64,000 nt of DNA, taken from an uncultured delta proteobacterium (lineage in GTDB: Bacteria > Myxococcota_A > Polyangia > Fen-1088). How positions within the stretch are numbered: the stretch's first letter is position 1; each line of letters begins with the position of its first letter. A program made the position numbers and the translations under genes. The notes under the pieces are model-generated. The model saw nothing but the letters and a program-made list of their open reading frames with translations. It was not told the origin of the DNA and searched no databases. The DNA lies in the NCBI GenBank assembly GCA_963767925.1, contig CAVYGB010000008.1, positions 2,688,001 through 2,752,000 of the forward strand, written 5' to 3'. Below, piece by piece: positions 43,090 to 51,714 of the stretch.

Positions 43090-43238
43090 TCGGTCGGGCT
43101 CGAATCCCCCGCGGGCGTCTCCTCTCGCACGGTCGAGCGAGGTGGCGCTCCACCTCCGCGGTCGTCCGAGTCACCCTGGTAACCGCCGATCTCGGCGTTC
43201 ATGTCGATCTCCTCGAAGGTCGGGGTCTCCCAGCGCAT
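43086..43238 (-). CDS. pqqA: PQQ precursor peptide PqqA (50 aa, not in the ORF track)
   Basis: Translated by hand as MRWETPTFEEIDMNAEIGGYQGDSDDRGGGAPPRSTVREETPAGDSSPTE*. It has a WxxP leader, an ExxxY core (EIGGY) and a GGAGG RBS, and its stop overlaps the pqqB GTG. Confidence 0.93.
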   Translation of the reverse strand: MRWETPTFEEIDMNAEIGGYQGDSDDRGGGAPPRSTVREETPAGDSSPTE

Positions 43239-43274
43239 CAGCGGCCTCCTCTGTGAGTGTCTCGAAGCTAAGAT

Positions 43275-43303
43275 CGTCTAATCCCGGCGACAACCACCGT
43301 CAA
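43275..43303 (-). promoter_or_regulatory. candidate sigma70-type promoter of the pqq operon
   Basis: TTGACG-N17-TAGACG on the minus strand upstream of pqqA. Confidence 0.4.
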
Positions 43304-43356
43304 GGCAAGCCTGCCGACACGGTGCGCTTTTTACCCCTCCTCCCGAGGGTCATCCC

Positions 43357-44343
43357 TCAGGGACCGATCTCGGCCTGATATTCCGCCCAGGCGGCGTCGA
43401 TGGGCTTGCCCGTGACCTCTTGCACCAGCGCCGGATAGCTGAAGCCCCGGTTCTTCATTCCCATGTTGACCTTGTAGCCGAAGTCCTTGTCGTATTTCTC
43501 CTCGAGCCAGACGATGAAGAAGCCGCCGGTCGTGTAAGGGTCCGACCAGTTGCCGCCGCGGCGCCGGCGGGACAGGCGATCGAACCCGACCTTGTAGCGG
43601 GTGTAGTCGGCCATGGCCTCGACCAGCGCGCCGCCGCCACCCTGGTTGCTCTGCCACAGGTGGGTCACCTCGTGGACCAGGACCCCGTTGATCTCGAAGG
43701 CCTGGGCGGCCGCGTTGCCCCCGATGCGGCCGATATATCCGGAGCCGAAGTGGATCTCACCCCCGCCGGCGTAGGCCACGCCGTCGTAGGCGCTGTCGAT
43801 GATCACGCGGATTGTCGCGTTCCGGCGCACCTCCTCCGGCTTGCGGTAGATGAGGGCGCACACCGCCCGCGAGTGCTTCTGCATGGTCGCCACCGGATCG
43901 GGGACATGCTGATCGAAGCGCATGCCACCGGCGCTGGTGGGCGCCTGGTTGACGAGCTGGATCATCGGGGTGCAGACCTCGTCGAGGGCGGGGTTGGCGG
44001 CGGGCCCGCCGTCGACCGAACCACCGCCCGCGTCGGCGCGGACGCCGCTGTCGCGCGGGCGATCGGCCGGCCGCGCGTCCGGTGTGCGGCTGCCACCCGA
44101 GCCAGCGCTGCCGCCCGAGCCTCCGGCGCCCCCGGCACCAGCCTGGCCCCCACCCGCGCCGGCCCCTCCGGCCGCGCCGCCGGTTCCGGCCGCGCCGCCG
44201 GTTCCGGCCGCGCCGCCGCCACCCGCGCCGCCGGTCGCCGGCGGCATCTCCGGCAAGCTCTCGTCACAGGCGGCGAGCTGCAACAGCAACATCCCGCCAG
44301 CAGCCAGGGCCTTGATCGTTCGCAGCGTCGGGTCGACCTTCAT
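43357..44343 (-). CDS. lipoprotein with a Gly-rich linker and a basic-secretory-protein (BSP)-like zinc metallopeptidase domain
   Basis: Lipobox LAAC; DGVAYA, GVLVHEVTHLWQ (HExxH), EAMADYTR and Y...GFF..WLE. Confidence 0.82.
   Translation of the reverse strand: MKVDPTLRTIKALAAGGMLLLQLAACDESLPEMPPATGGAGGGGAAGTGGAAGTGGAAGGAGAGGGQAGAGGAGGSGGSAGSGGSRTPDARPADRPRDSGVRADAGGGSVDGGPAANPALDEVCTPMIQLVNQAPTSAGGMRFDQHVPDPVATMQKHSRAVCALIYRKPEEVRRNATIRVIIDSAYDGVAYAGGGEIHFGSGYIGRIGGNAAAQAFEINGVLVHEVTHLWQSNQGGGGALVEAMADYTRYKVGFDRLSRRRRGGNWSDPYTTGGFFIVWLEEKYDKDFGYKVNMGMKNRGFSYPALVQEVTGKPIDAAWAEYQAEIGP
44167..44218. repeat. 18-bp tandem repeat (about 2.9 copies) encoding a GGAAGT linker
   Basis: TCCGGCCGCGCCGCCGGT repeated within the lipoprotein linker. 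Confidence 0.85.
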
Positions 44344-44380
44344 CGGGCTCTCCTTGGGTAGTGCTTTCTACTCGCGACGG

Positions 44381-44408
44381 TACACGGAGGACCCCGGTCC
44401 TTTGTTCC
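44381..44408 (-). promoter_or_regulatory. ECF-type promoter facing the BSP lipoprotein gene
   Basis: Minus strand reads GGAAC-aaaggaccggggtcctc(17)-CGTGTA. Confidence 0.7.
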
Positions 44409-44454
44409 AGATCGTCTGCCGACTCCGCCGCACCGGGCCGGCGGGCGCTCGGCC

Positions 44455-44481
44455 GGAACAAACTGGCCCCCGATCCGTGTA
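44455..44481 (+). promoter_or_regulatory. ECF-type (autoregulatory) promoter of the sigma gene
   Basis: GGAAC-aaactggcccccgatc(16)-CGTGTA, ending 11 nt before the ATG at 44493. Confidence 0.72.
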
Positions 44482-44492
44482 ATTCGCCAGGC

Positions 44493-45086
44493 ATGGACTG
44501 GCCCGTGGTCACACCGCAGAGGTCCGACGAGCGCGCCGACCTCGACGAGCTGACCCTGGCCCGCGCCCAGCGCGGCGACCGGGACGCGCGCTCCGCCCTC
44601 ATCTCCCGCTATCAGCGTCCGGTCTTCGCCCTGCTCTCCCGCATGCTCAGCCGGCAGCCGACCCTCGTCGAGGACATGGCCCAGGAGACCTTCCTGCGGG
44701 TGTTGCGGGCCCTGCCCACCTACGACGCCCGCGGTCCCGCCCGGCTCGGCACCTGGATCCTGACCATCGCCACCCGCCTGGCGCTCGATCATTTCCGCCG
44801 GCGGCCCGACCACCTCCAGGATCTGGAGGCGGCTGGCGCCATCCCGGCGGCTCTGCCCCGCCCCGATCAAGGCGTGGATCGCCGAGCCCTGGCCCTCGAG
44901 CTGCTGCGGGCGGTGGAGGAGCTGCGGGCGCCCTTCCGGGCGGCTTTCCTGCTGCGCGAGGTGCACGACCTGAGCTACGAGGAGATCGCGAACGTGCTCG
45001 AGATCGACATCGGCACCGTCAAGTCGCGGCTGTCGCGGGCGCGGCGCGCGCTGCAGGGCGCCCTGGCCGAGATGCACGAGGCGTGA
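44493..45086 (+). CDS. ECF-family RNA polymerase sigma factor
   Basis: LARAQRGD, EDMAQETFLRV, TWILTIATR and LSYEEIA...GTVKSRLSRAR (regions 2 and 4.2). Confidence 0.95.
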   Translation: MDWPVVTPQRSDERADLDELTLARAQRGDRDARSALISRYQRPVFALLSRMLSRQPTLVEDMAQETFLRVLRALPTYDARGPARLGTWILTIATRLALDHFRRRPDHLQDLEAAGAIPAALPRPDQGVDRRALALELLRAVEELRAPFRAAFLLREVHDLSYEEIANVLEIDIGTVKSRLSRARRALQGALAEMHEA

Positions 45087-45101
45087 GGGCAGGCGGGAGA
45101 C

Positions 45102-46421
45102 ATGGCGGGTGAGAACATCGTCGATGAGCTATGGCCGGTGCTCGATCCACCGGCCGACTTCGGCCTGCGGGTGCTCGACGCGCTCGAGAAGCTGCCCGCG
45201 CGGGAGCCGCTCGGCGGCGCGCCCCCCCAAGGCCACACCGCCCCGGCGCGCGCGCGCCGGCGGGTGACCGGCGGCCGGCTGGCCTGGCTGGCAGCGGGGG
45301 TCTGCGCCGGGGCGCTGGGCGCCGCCGGCCTGGTCCAGCTCTGGCCTGCCGCCGGGACGCCACCGGATCCGGCCACCTCGTCCGGTCATCTCATCGCCGA
45401 CATCCGCCAGACCTTGCCCATCGGGGACCGGGGGCTGGCGGTTGTCGAGCGGGGGGCCGAGCTGGGCTGGTTCGTGGTGGCCGGCAACCCCCGGGTCGAT
45501 CAGCCCCGGGGCAGCGTGTTTTACCGGATCGACAGGGGCGGGCCGTTCGCGGTGGCCACTCCGGTGGGCGACGTGCGGGTCACCGGCACCTGCTTCCGGG
45601 TGTCGGTCGAGCCCGACCTGGACGACCGCCCCAGCGTGGTGGTGCTGGTCGAGGTGCTCGAAGGCTCGGTGCTCCTGGCCGGCGAGCGCGGCCAGGTCAC
45701 GCTGAACGCCGGAGAAAGAGGGCGGATGTCCCGCTACGCCCCGCCCCGGCGGCTGGATCCGGCGGACGGCCCGGCCGCCCGCCGCCGCCCCGAAGTGGAG
45801 ACCCGCGTGCGCCAGCTCGAGCAGGCGCTGGCCGAGACCCGCAAGGCGGCGGCCGAGGACGACCCGCCTCGTGACAAGTACTACGACCTCACGCCCGACG
45901 ACCTGCGGGCCCTCGCCCGCCGCTGCGAGATGCGGTACTACCTGCCCCGGCACGTGACCTCCCTCGACGCGCCCACCCTGGACGACGCGCCGGGGTTGAC
46001 CGCCGAGCAGCGGAGCGCCGTCCTCCGGCTCATGGAGGAGCAGCGGTCGCACTACATCGCCACGCTCCAGGCCCTGTACGCCGAGGTGACGGGCGATCGG
46101 GCCATCGCCGGCCGGCTGGCCCCCAAGAGCCTGCAGGAGGACCTCTTCGCCAAGCTCGACCCCCAGGAGCTCAAGGAGGCCCGCCGCCGGATCCTCGAGG
46201 AATGGGCCCAGGGCGGGCCGCTGCCGGCGCGAGGGCCCCGGGGTCCGGCCGAGCGGTTCATGCGCCTCGTGTCGGGAGCGGGCGACGGGTTCTTCCAGAA
46301 GGTCGTCGACCTGGTCGGGCCGGAGCGGGCCCGCCAGATCCGCGACAGGACCACCAGCGACATCCTCTCGTTTTCGCCCGCCTTCGAATGTGGACGTCCG
46401 TCGCCACCCGCCGGCCGCTGA
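45102..46421 (+). CDS. FecR-domain membrane anti-sigma factor
   Basis: Single TM helix; FAVATPVGDVRVTGTCFRV and VEVLEGSV FecR motifs; coiled coil and helical C-terminal domain; follows the ECF gene. Confidence 0.85.
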   Translation: MAGENIVDELWPVLDPPADFGLRVLDALEKLPAREPLGGAPPQGHTAPARARRRVTGGRLAWLAAGVCAGALGAAGLVQLWPAAGTPPDPATSSGHLIADIRQTLPIGDRGLAVVERGAELGWFVVAGNPRVDQPRGSVFYRIDRGGPFAVATPVGDVRVTGTCFRVSVEPDLDDRPSVVVLVEVLEGSVLLAGERGQVTLNAGERGRMSRYAPPRRLDPADGPAARRRPEVETRVRQLEQALAETRKAAAEDDPPRDKYYDLTPDDLRALARRCEMRYYLPRHVTSLDAPTLDDAPGLTAEQRSAVLRLMEEQRSHYIATLQALYAEVTGDRAIAGRLAPKSLQEDLFAKLDPQELKEARRRILEEWAQGGPLPARGPRGPAERFMRLVSGAGDGFFQKVVDLVGPERARQIRDRTTSDILSFSPAFECGRPSPPAGR

Positions 46422-46449
46422 GCGAGAAAAATGCGACCATGGGTGCCAG

Positions 46450-47850
46450 ATGGCACCCCGCAGACATCGGCTCATCGAGATCGACTGGCCCCGGCTCGAC
46501 CCGGCGCCCCGCCCCCCGGTGGCGCCCGCCGCCGAATTCCGCCGCCGGATCGAGGCGGCCCGGGCGGGCATGGAGGCGCGCGGCCTGACCCACCTGGTTG
46601 TCTATGGCGACCGCGAGCACTTCGCCAACCTGGCCCACCTGACCAACTTCGACCCCCGTTACGAGGAAGCGCTGCTCGTGCTGACGCAGGCTCAGCCGCC
46701 CCTCGTGCTGGTGGGCAACGAGTGCGAGAACTACCTGCCGATCAGCCCCCTTTACCAGGAGGGGTCGCTGCGCAAGGAGCGCTACCAGCCGTTTTCGCTG
46801 CCCGACCAGCCACGCGAGCACAGCCGCCTGCTGCGCACCATCCTGCAAGACGAGGGGATCGGGGCGGGCGCGCGGGTCGGCTGCGTCGGCTGGAAGGTCT
46901 TCTCCGAGCGCGAGCATCCGGGGGCCCGCCACGCCATCGAGCTGCCCGCCTTCATCGTCGATACCCTGCGCGACCTCTGTGGCCACGAGGCGGTCGTCAA
47001 CAGCACCGACCTGTTCATCCGCGCCGACGGGGGCCTGCGGACCAGCGCCTCGGTCTGGGACATCGCCCTCTGTGAATACGCCAACGTGATCGCCTCGGAG
47101 GGCGTCCGCCGCATCCTGTTTCACATCGAGGAGGGGCGTCGCGACGACGAGCTGGCCACCCACGTCCAGTACGACGGCATCCCCCTGGGGGCCCACATGA
47201 CCGTGCGCACCGGGCAGACCATGATCTCGCTGTCCAGCCCCTCGGGCGCCGTGGTCCGCCGGGGCAACCGCTTCTCCTGCAGCCTCTGCTTCCGGGGGGC
47301 CAACGTCTGCCGCGCCGGCTGGGTCGCCGCCAGCGCCGCCGATCTGCCGCCGGCCGCCCAGGACTACGTGCCCGCCTTCGCCGGCCCCTACTTCGAGGCC
47401 ATGGCCGCCTGGTACCGGAAGCTGGAGATCGGCACCGCCGCCGGGATCCCGGCGGCGGTCATCGCCGAGCGCCTCCCGGCCAACTTCGGCGTCTTCCTCA
47501 ACCCCGGCCACCTCACCCACCTCGACGAGTGGCTCTGCTCCCCCTTTTACGCCGGCTCCACCCTCCCGCTCCGCTCGGGCATGATCATCCAGTCCGACGT
47601 CATCCCCTCGTCGCCGACCTATTACTCCTCGCGCATGGAGGAGGGCCTGGTCCTCGCCGACTCCAGCTTGCGGCAGGCGCTCGCCGTGACCTTCCCCGAC
47701 CTCCTCACCCGCTGCCAGGCCCGCCGCGACTTCATGACGGAGGTCCTGAACCTCGAGCTGCCCGACGACCTGCTGCCGCTCTCCAACATCCCCGCCCTGG
47801 TCCCCCCGTTCCTCCTGCAGCCCGGCCAGGTGCTGGCCCTCGAGCCTTGA
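46450..47850 (+). CDS. M24 (Xaa-Pro aminopeptidase/creatinase)-like protein
   Basis: Creatinase-N-like start (EFRRRIEAARAGM...LVVYGDREHFANL); NPGHLTHLDEW, MIIQSDVIP and RMEEG; no signal peptide. Confidence 0.7.
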   Translation: MAPRRHRLIEIDWPRLDPAPRPPVAPAAEFRRRIEAARAGMEARGLTHLVVYGDREHFANLAHLTNFDPRYEEALLVLTQAQPPLVLVGNECENYLPISPLYQEGSLRKERYQPFSLPDQPREHSRLLRTILQDEGIGAGARVGCVGWKVFSEREHPGARHAIELPAFIVDTLRDLCGHEAVVNSTDLFIRADGGLRTSASVWDIALCEYANVIASEGVRRILFHIEEGRRDDELATHVQYDGIPLGAHMTVRTGQTMISLSSPSGAVVRRGNRFSCSLCFRGANVCRAGWVAASAADLPPAAQDYVPAFAGPYFEAMAAWYRKLEIGTAAGIPAAVIAERLPANFGVFLNPGHLTHLDEWLCSPFYAGSTLPLRSGMIIQSDVIPSSPTYYSSRMEEGLVLADSSLRQALAVTFPDLLTRCQARRDFMTEVLNLELPDDLLPLSNIPALVPPFLLQPGQVLALEP

Positions 47851-47865
47851 CCGGGACGCGCCCGC

Positions 47866-48635
47866 TCAGGCGCGGCGGACCTCGTCGATTGTCGCGTTCT
47901 TCACCGCGTAGGGAAACGGCGGGTCGCCGATGCGGGCCGCGCCAAACGCGCCCGACCGGGCCAGCGCCACCAGCGCGGCGGGGACCCGGTAGCCCTTGGC
48001 CTCGATCCGGGCCAGCGCGCGGACACAGGCCGCGGTCGGCGAAAGGCCCTGCCGCATCAGCTCCACCGCGTGAGCCGCCGGGGCAAACCGCATCATGACG
48101 TCGCCGTTGCCGGTCGCCGCCACACCGCCGACGTCGTTGTCGACGTAGGCCCCCGCCCCCGGGACGGCGACGTCCCCCACCCGCCCCTTGATCTTGAACC
48201 CCAGCCCGCTGGTCGAGATCCCCACGCAGAGATCTCCCGCCCGATCGATCGCCACCATGCCGATGGTGTCGTGGTTTCCCTCGCTCCAGCTCAGGGAGCG
48301 CTTCGGGTCGGCCTTCCAGGCCTCCCACCGGCTGCGCGCCTTCGCGGTCAACAGGGAAGCCGGCTCCTCCTGGAAGCCGACCTTGCGGGCAGCCCGCCGA
48401 AGCCGACGCTGAGGTTGTCCGGGTCCAGCTCCACCAGGTTCACCCCCCGCTCGACCGCGTCGAGCGCGCTGCCCCCGGCGGCCAGCGCCTTCCAGGCCTC
48501 CGCGTTGGCCGCCTGCCCGAACGCCCAGGTGCTGATCACCGCCGGCACCACCCGCTCGCTCCGGCCCCGGCAGGCCATCCCGGCGCCCAGGCTGGCCGCC
48601 GCCCCGAAAAATCGCCTCCGTGTCAGCGTGATCAT
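47866..48635 (-). pseudogene. Tat-exported glycosylasparaginase / isoaspartyl peptidase (Ntn hydrolase) with an internal deletion and frameshift near 48390
   Basis: TRRRFFG Tat motif, SALDAVE, SVGFGGLP, HDTIGM (nucleophile Thr), STSG, GRVGD and ATGNGD; the segment between GGLP and ARKVGF is missing. Confidence 0.75.
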
Positions 48636-48684
48636 GCTGGTCTCCTCTCGGGTCCTGCTCGCGGGTGGCGGCGCCCGGCCTCCT

Positions 48685-51033
48685 TCAGGGCAGGGTGAAG
48701 GCCACGACCTGCGACCCGGCCGCTACCGCCACGTATTGCCGGCCGTCGAGCTGGTAGGTCATGGGGGACGCCTTCCAGGCGGCGTTGAGATGAAAATGCC
48801 AGAGCGGACGCCCCGATCGAGCGTCTACCGCGGCGAACGCCCCGCTGTCGTCCCCGAAGAACACGAGGCCCCCCGCGGTCGACAGCACGCCGCCCCAGGT
48901 GTCGGCGGGTCCGATCTGGGGATACTCCCAGGCGATGCGGCCGGTCCGGATGTCGATCGCGCGCAGGACCTTCCGGGGCACCTCGTCGGCGACCCGGCGG
49001 GTGCCGCCGCCGTAGAACGACTTGCCCGGCTCGAACCAGGCCGAGGACTGGTAGTAGATCGTGCACTTCTCCAGGGCCATCACGTAATAGAGGCCGAGCC
49101 CGGGGTGAAACGCGGTCGACATCCAGTTGGTGGCCCCCTCGACGGCGGGGCAGCTCTTGGTGCCCTGGGGCGTGGGGTCGTTGTCGGGCAGGAGCTTGGG
49201 CCGCCCATCGGGGCCGATGCCGCTCGCCCAGGTGAGCTTCTCGACGAAGGGTCTGGCCAGCAGCAGCTCGCCCTTCAGGCGATCGAGCAGGTAGAAGAAG
49301 CCGTTGCGGTTGGCCTGGGCCAGCAGCTTGCGCGGGCGGCCTCCGAAGGTGGCGTCGATCAGCATCGGGGTCTGGGCGGCGTCCCAGTCGTGCAGATCGT
49401 GGGGAGTGTACTGGTAATACCAGCGGAGCTTGCCGGTAGCGGGGTCGAGGGCGACGACCGAGTTCGAGTAGAGGTTGTCGCCCTTGCGCTCCTCCCCGTT
49501 GTAGTCGGGGCAGGGATTGCCGGTGGTCCAGTAGAGGAGGTCGGCCTGGGGATCGTAGGTCCCGGTCAACCAGGGCGCCGCGCAGCCGTACTGGATCGCC
49601 CGCCCGACCCAGGTCTCGGACAGCGGCTCGCCCGGGGCGGGCATGGTCCAGAAGCGCCACACCCGCTCGCCGGTGGAGGCCCGGTGGGCCGAGACGAGCC
49701 CGCGCGCCCCCTCGTCTCCACCGGAGGTGCCGGTGATGACGAGGTCCTTGACCACCAGGGGGGCCGAGGTGGTGCCGTAGTGCTGCTTGTAGTCGGCCAC
49801 CTCCACGTCCCAGAGCAGCCGGCCGGTGGCCCGGTCGAGGGCGATGAGGTGGGCGTGGTCGGTCACCATGAACAGCCGGTCGCCGAGCAGGGCCATCCCG
49901 CGGTTGATGCCGCCGGCGGCGTCGCCGATCACCCCCTTGGTGAGCGGGCGGGAGTAATGCCAGATCTGCCGGCCGGTGCGGGGGTCGAGGGCGAGGGCCT
50001 GGTTCGCGGCGGTCACGTACATCACGCCGTCGGCGACCAGCGGGGTCACCTCCAGGCGCCGGCCGTTGGGGACGGGGAAGATCCAGCGGGGGGCCAGGCG
50101 CGCGACGTTGGCCTTGTTTATCGCCTGCAGGGGGCTGTGGCGGTTGCCGCCGAGCTGGCCGTGGTAGGTGGGCCACTCCCCGGGCCGTGGGCGCGCCACC
50201 TGGGCGAAGGCGTCTGCCGCCGTAGCAGCGGCGCCGCCCGGGGCGGCCGCCACCGCGGGCGCGCCGTCGAGGCGGCTCAGGTAAGCCAGCAGGTCGCGGG
50301 TCTCCTCGGGCGTCGCCGACAGCGCGGGCATCAGCGAGCCGGGCTCGCGCACCTGCCGGCGGATCTGCCCCCGCGGGGTCAACACGGGCCGGCCCTCCAG
50401 GCTCACCACCTGGACGTCGTAGTTGCTCTCGTTCTTGAGCAGCCCGCGCACCCGGCGCCCGTCGCGCAGCTCGAGGGTCACGACGCCGTAGCCCGGCTGC
50501 TTGCGGGCGCCCGGCTGGCGCAGGGCCTGCTCGATGCGGCGCAGGCCGCGCTCGCGGCCCACCCGCGACAGATCCGGGGCCAGCAACCCGCCCCGACCGC
50601 CGACCGCGTGGCAGCGGGCGCAGTCGCCCTTGCCGAAGAAGAAGCGCTCCCCGCTGCGGGCGTCGCCCGGCGGCGGGTGGGCGATGGCGGGCGCGATGAG
50701 GGCGGCGACGTAGCCGGCGAGGGCGTCGAGGTCGGCGTCGGGCAGCGGAAAGGCCGGCATGCCGGCGCCGGGGATGCCGTCGCGGATCAGGAGGCGCAGG
50801 TCGGGCCGCGCCCGCGAGCGCCCGCTGCGCGACTCGACGATGCCGGGCCCCTTCTCCCCGCCCTCGCCATCGCCGCCGTGGCAGGGGGCGCAGCCAGCTT
50901 CATAGAGCCGCCGGCCCGGGTCCGACGGCTGCGCCCCGGCCGGCGCGGTCCCGAGCGAGGCGATGAGCGAGGCGACGAGAATATCGGCGACTAAAACGAT
51001 ACAGCAGCGCACCACCGCGCGACCATCACCCAA
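48685..51033 (-). CDS. PQQ-dependent dehydrogenase with two N-terminal c-type heme domains
   Basis: Signal peptide; CAPCH and CARCH; WPTYHG, TPLVADGVMY, INRG, GNPCPD, TPHDLHDWD, NRNGFFY, SPMTY and GRQYVAV. The exact start is uncertain. Confidence 0.92.
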   Translation of the reverse strand: MGDGRAVVRCCIVLVADILVASLIASLGTAPAGAQPSDPGRRLYEAGCAPCHGGDGEGGEKGPGIVESRSGRSRARPDLRLLIRDGIPGAGMPAFPLPDADLDALAGYVAALIAPAIAHPPPGDARSGERFFFGKGDCARCHAVGGRGGLLAPDLSRVGRERGLRRIEQALRQPGARKQPGYGVVTLELRDGRRVRGLLKNESNYDVQVVSLEGRPVLTPRGQIRRQVREPGSLMPALSATPEETRDLLAYLSRLDGAPAVAAAPGGAAATAADAFAQVARPRPGEWPTYHGQLGGNRHSPLQAINKANVARLAPRWIFPVPNGRRLEVTPLVADGVMYVTAANQALALDPRTGRQIWHYSRPLTKGVIGDAAGGINRGMALLGDRLFMVTDHAHLIALDRATGRLLWDVEVADYKQHYGTTSAPLVVKDLVITGTSGGDEGARGLVSAHRASTGERVWRFWTMPAPGEPLSETWVGRAIQYGCAAPWLTGTYDPQADLLYWTTGNPCPDYNGEERKGDNLYSNSVVALDPATGKLRWYYQYTPHDLHDWDAAQTPMLIDATFGGRPRKLLAQANRNGFFYLLDRLKGELLLARPFVEKLTWASGIGPDGRPKLLPDNDPTPQGTKSCPAVEGATNWMSTAFHPGLGLYYVMALEKCTIYYQSSAWFEPGKSFYGGGTRRVADEVPRKVLRAIDIRTGRIAWEYPQIGPADTWGGVLSTAGGLVFFGDDSGAFAAVDARSGRPLWHFHLNAAWKASPMTYQLDGRQYVAVAAGSQVVAFTLP

Positions 51034-51688
51034 CCCCCCCGGTAAAGTCCATGCCGACCTTGTCGGGCGCGGGCGAGCCGCTCCAGAACCCGGCGGGGAT
51101 CTGCCCGTGCAGGAAGGTGATGGTGTTGGGGGCGCCGGGACGCGAGTCGAGGCTGGCCGGGGTGGGTCCCTCCTTCACCCCTTCGCCCGGCGACCAGCCG
51201 GGGAGCTCACCGGGGCGCAAGCCGTGCAGGCCGCTCTGCCAAGCGCCGATCCGGAAGGTGTGCCCGGCGGCGCGGCACCCGAAGAAGCGCGTCCAGGCGC
51301 GGGCGAAGGTTTGCCCCCGGGCGGTGCCGAAGGTCTCGCAGGTCCGGAACCACCAGAGGGCCTCGCCCCCGGGCGCCAGCCGATCGCGCACGCGCGCCAG
51401 CCGGTCGTGGAGGGGGTGGCCGGGGGCCAGCGCCCGCGCGTCGAGGGTCTCGTCGCCGACGCGCGCCAGCCCCCAGCGCCCGTGCCCCCAGAACTGGATC
51501 TCGTCGATGGGAGCCTCCACCGCGGCCAGCCAATCCAGCGCCTCGCCCCAGCTCGCCACGCCGCGGCTCGCGTCGAGCCGGCCGAGCGCCCGGTAAAGAT
51601 GCCGTCCCGCGCCCCAGACCTGGCTGAGCCCGGGCAAAAACCAGGGACGGGGGCAGCTCCGGTCGTAGATCATCAGGCGCAACGCCAT
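51026..51688 (-). CDS. conserved hypothetical protein with a possible His-Cys (caspase-like) dyad
   Basis: EIQFWGHG and LWWFRTCETF; perfect TATAAT 6 nt upstream of the ATG. Confidence 0.7.
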   Translation of the reverse strand: MALRLMIYDRSCPRPWFLPGLSQVWGAGRHLYRALGRLDASRGVASWGEALDWLAAVEAPIDEIQFWGHGRWGLARVGDETLDARALAPGHPLHDRLARVRDRLAPGGEALWWFRTCETFGTARGQTFARAWTRFFGCRAAGHTFRIGAWQSGLHGLRPGELPGWSPGEGVKEGPTPASLDSRPGAPNTITFLHGQIPAGFWSGSPAPDKVGMDFTGGVG

Positions 51689-51714
51689 CGCAGCATTATA
51701 GGTAAACTGCGCGC

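Noticed and set aside
40081..43238. Novel RiPP cluster (radical SAM/SPASM plus short peptide)
   Set aside because: Gene order and motifs match canonical pqqABCDE; only the precursor length is unusual.
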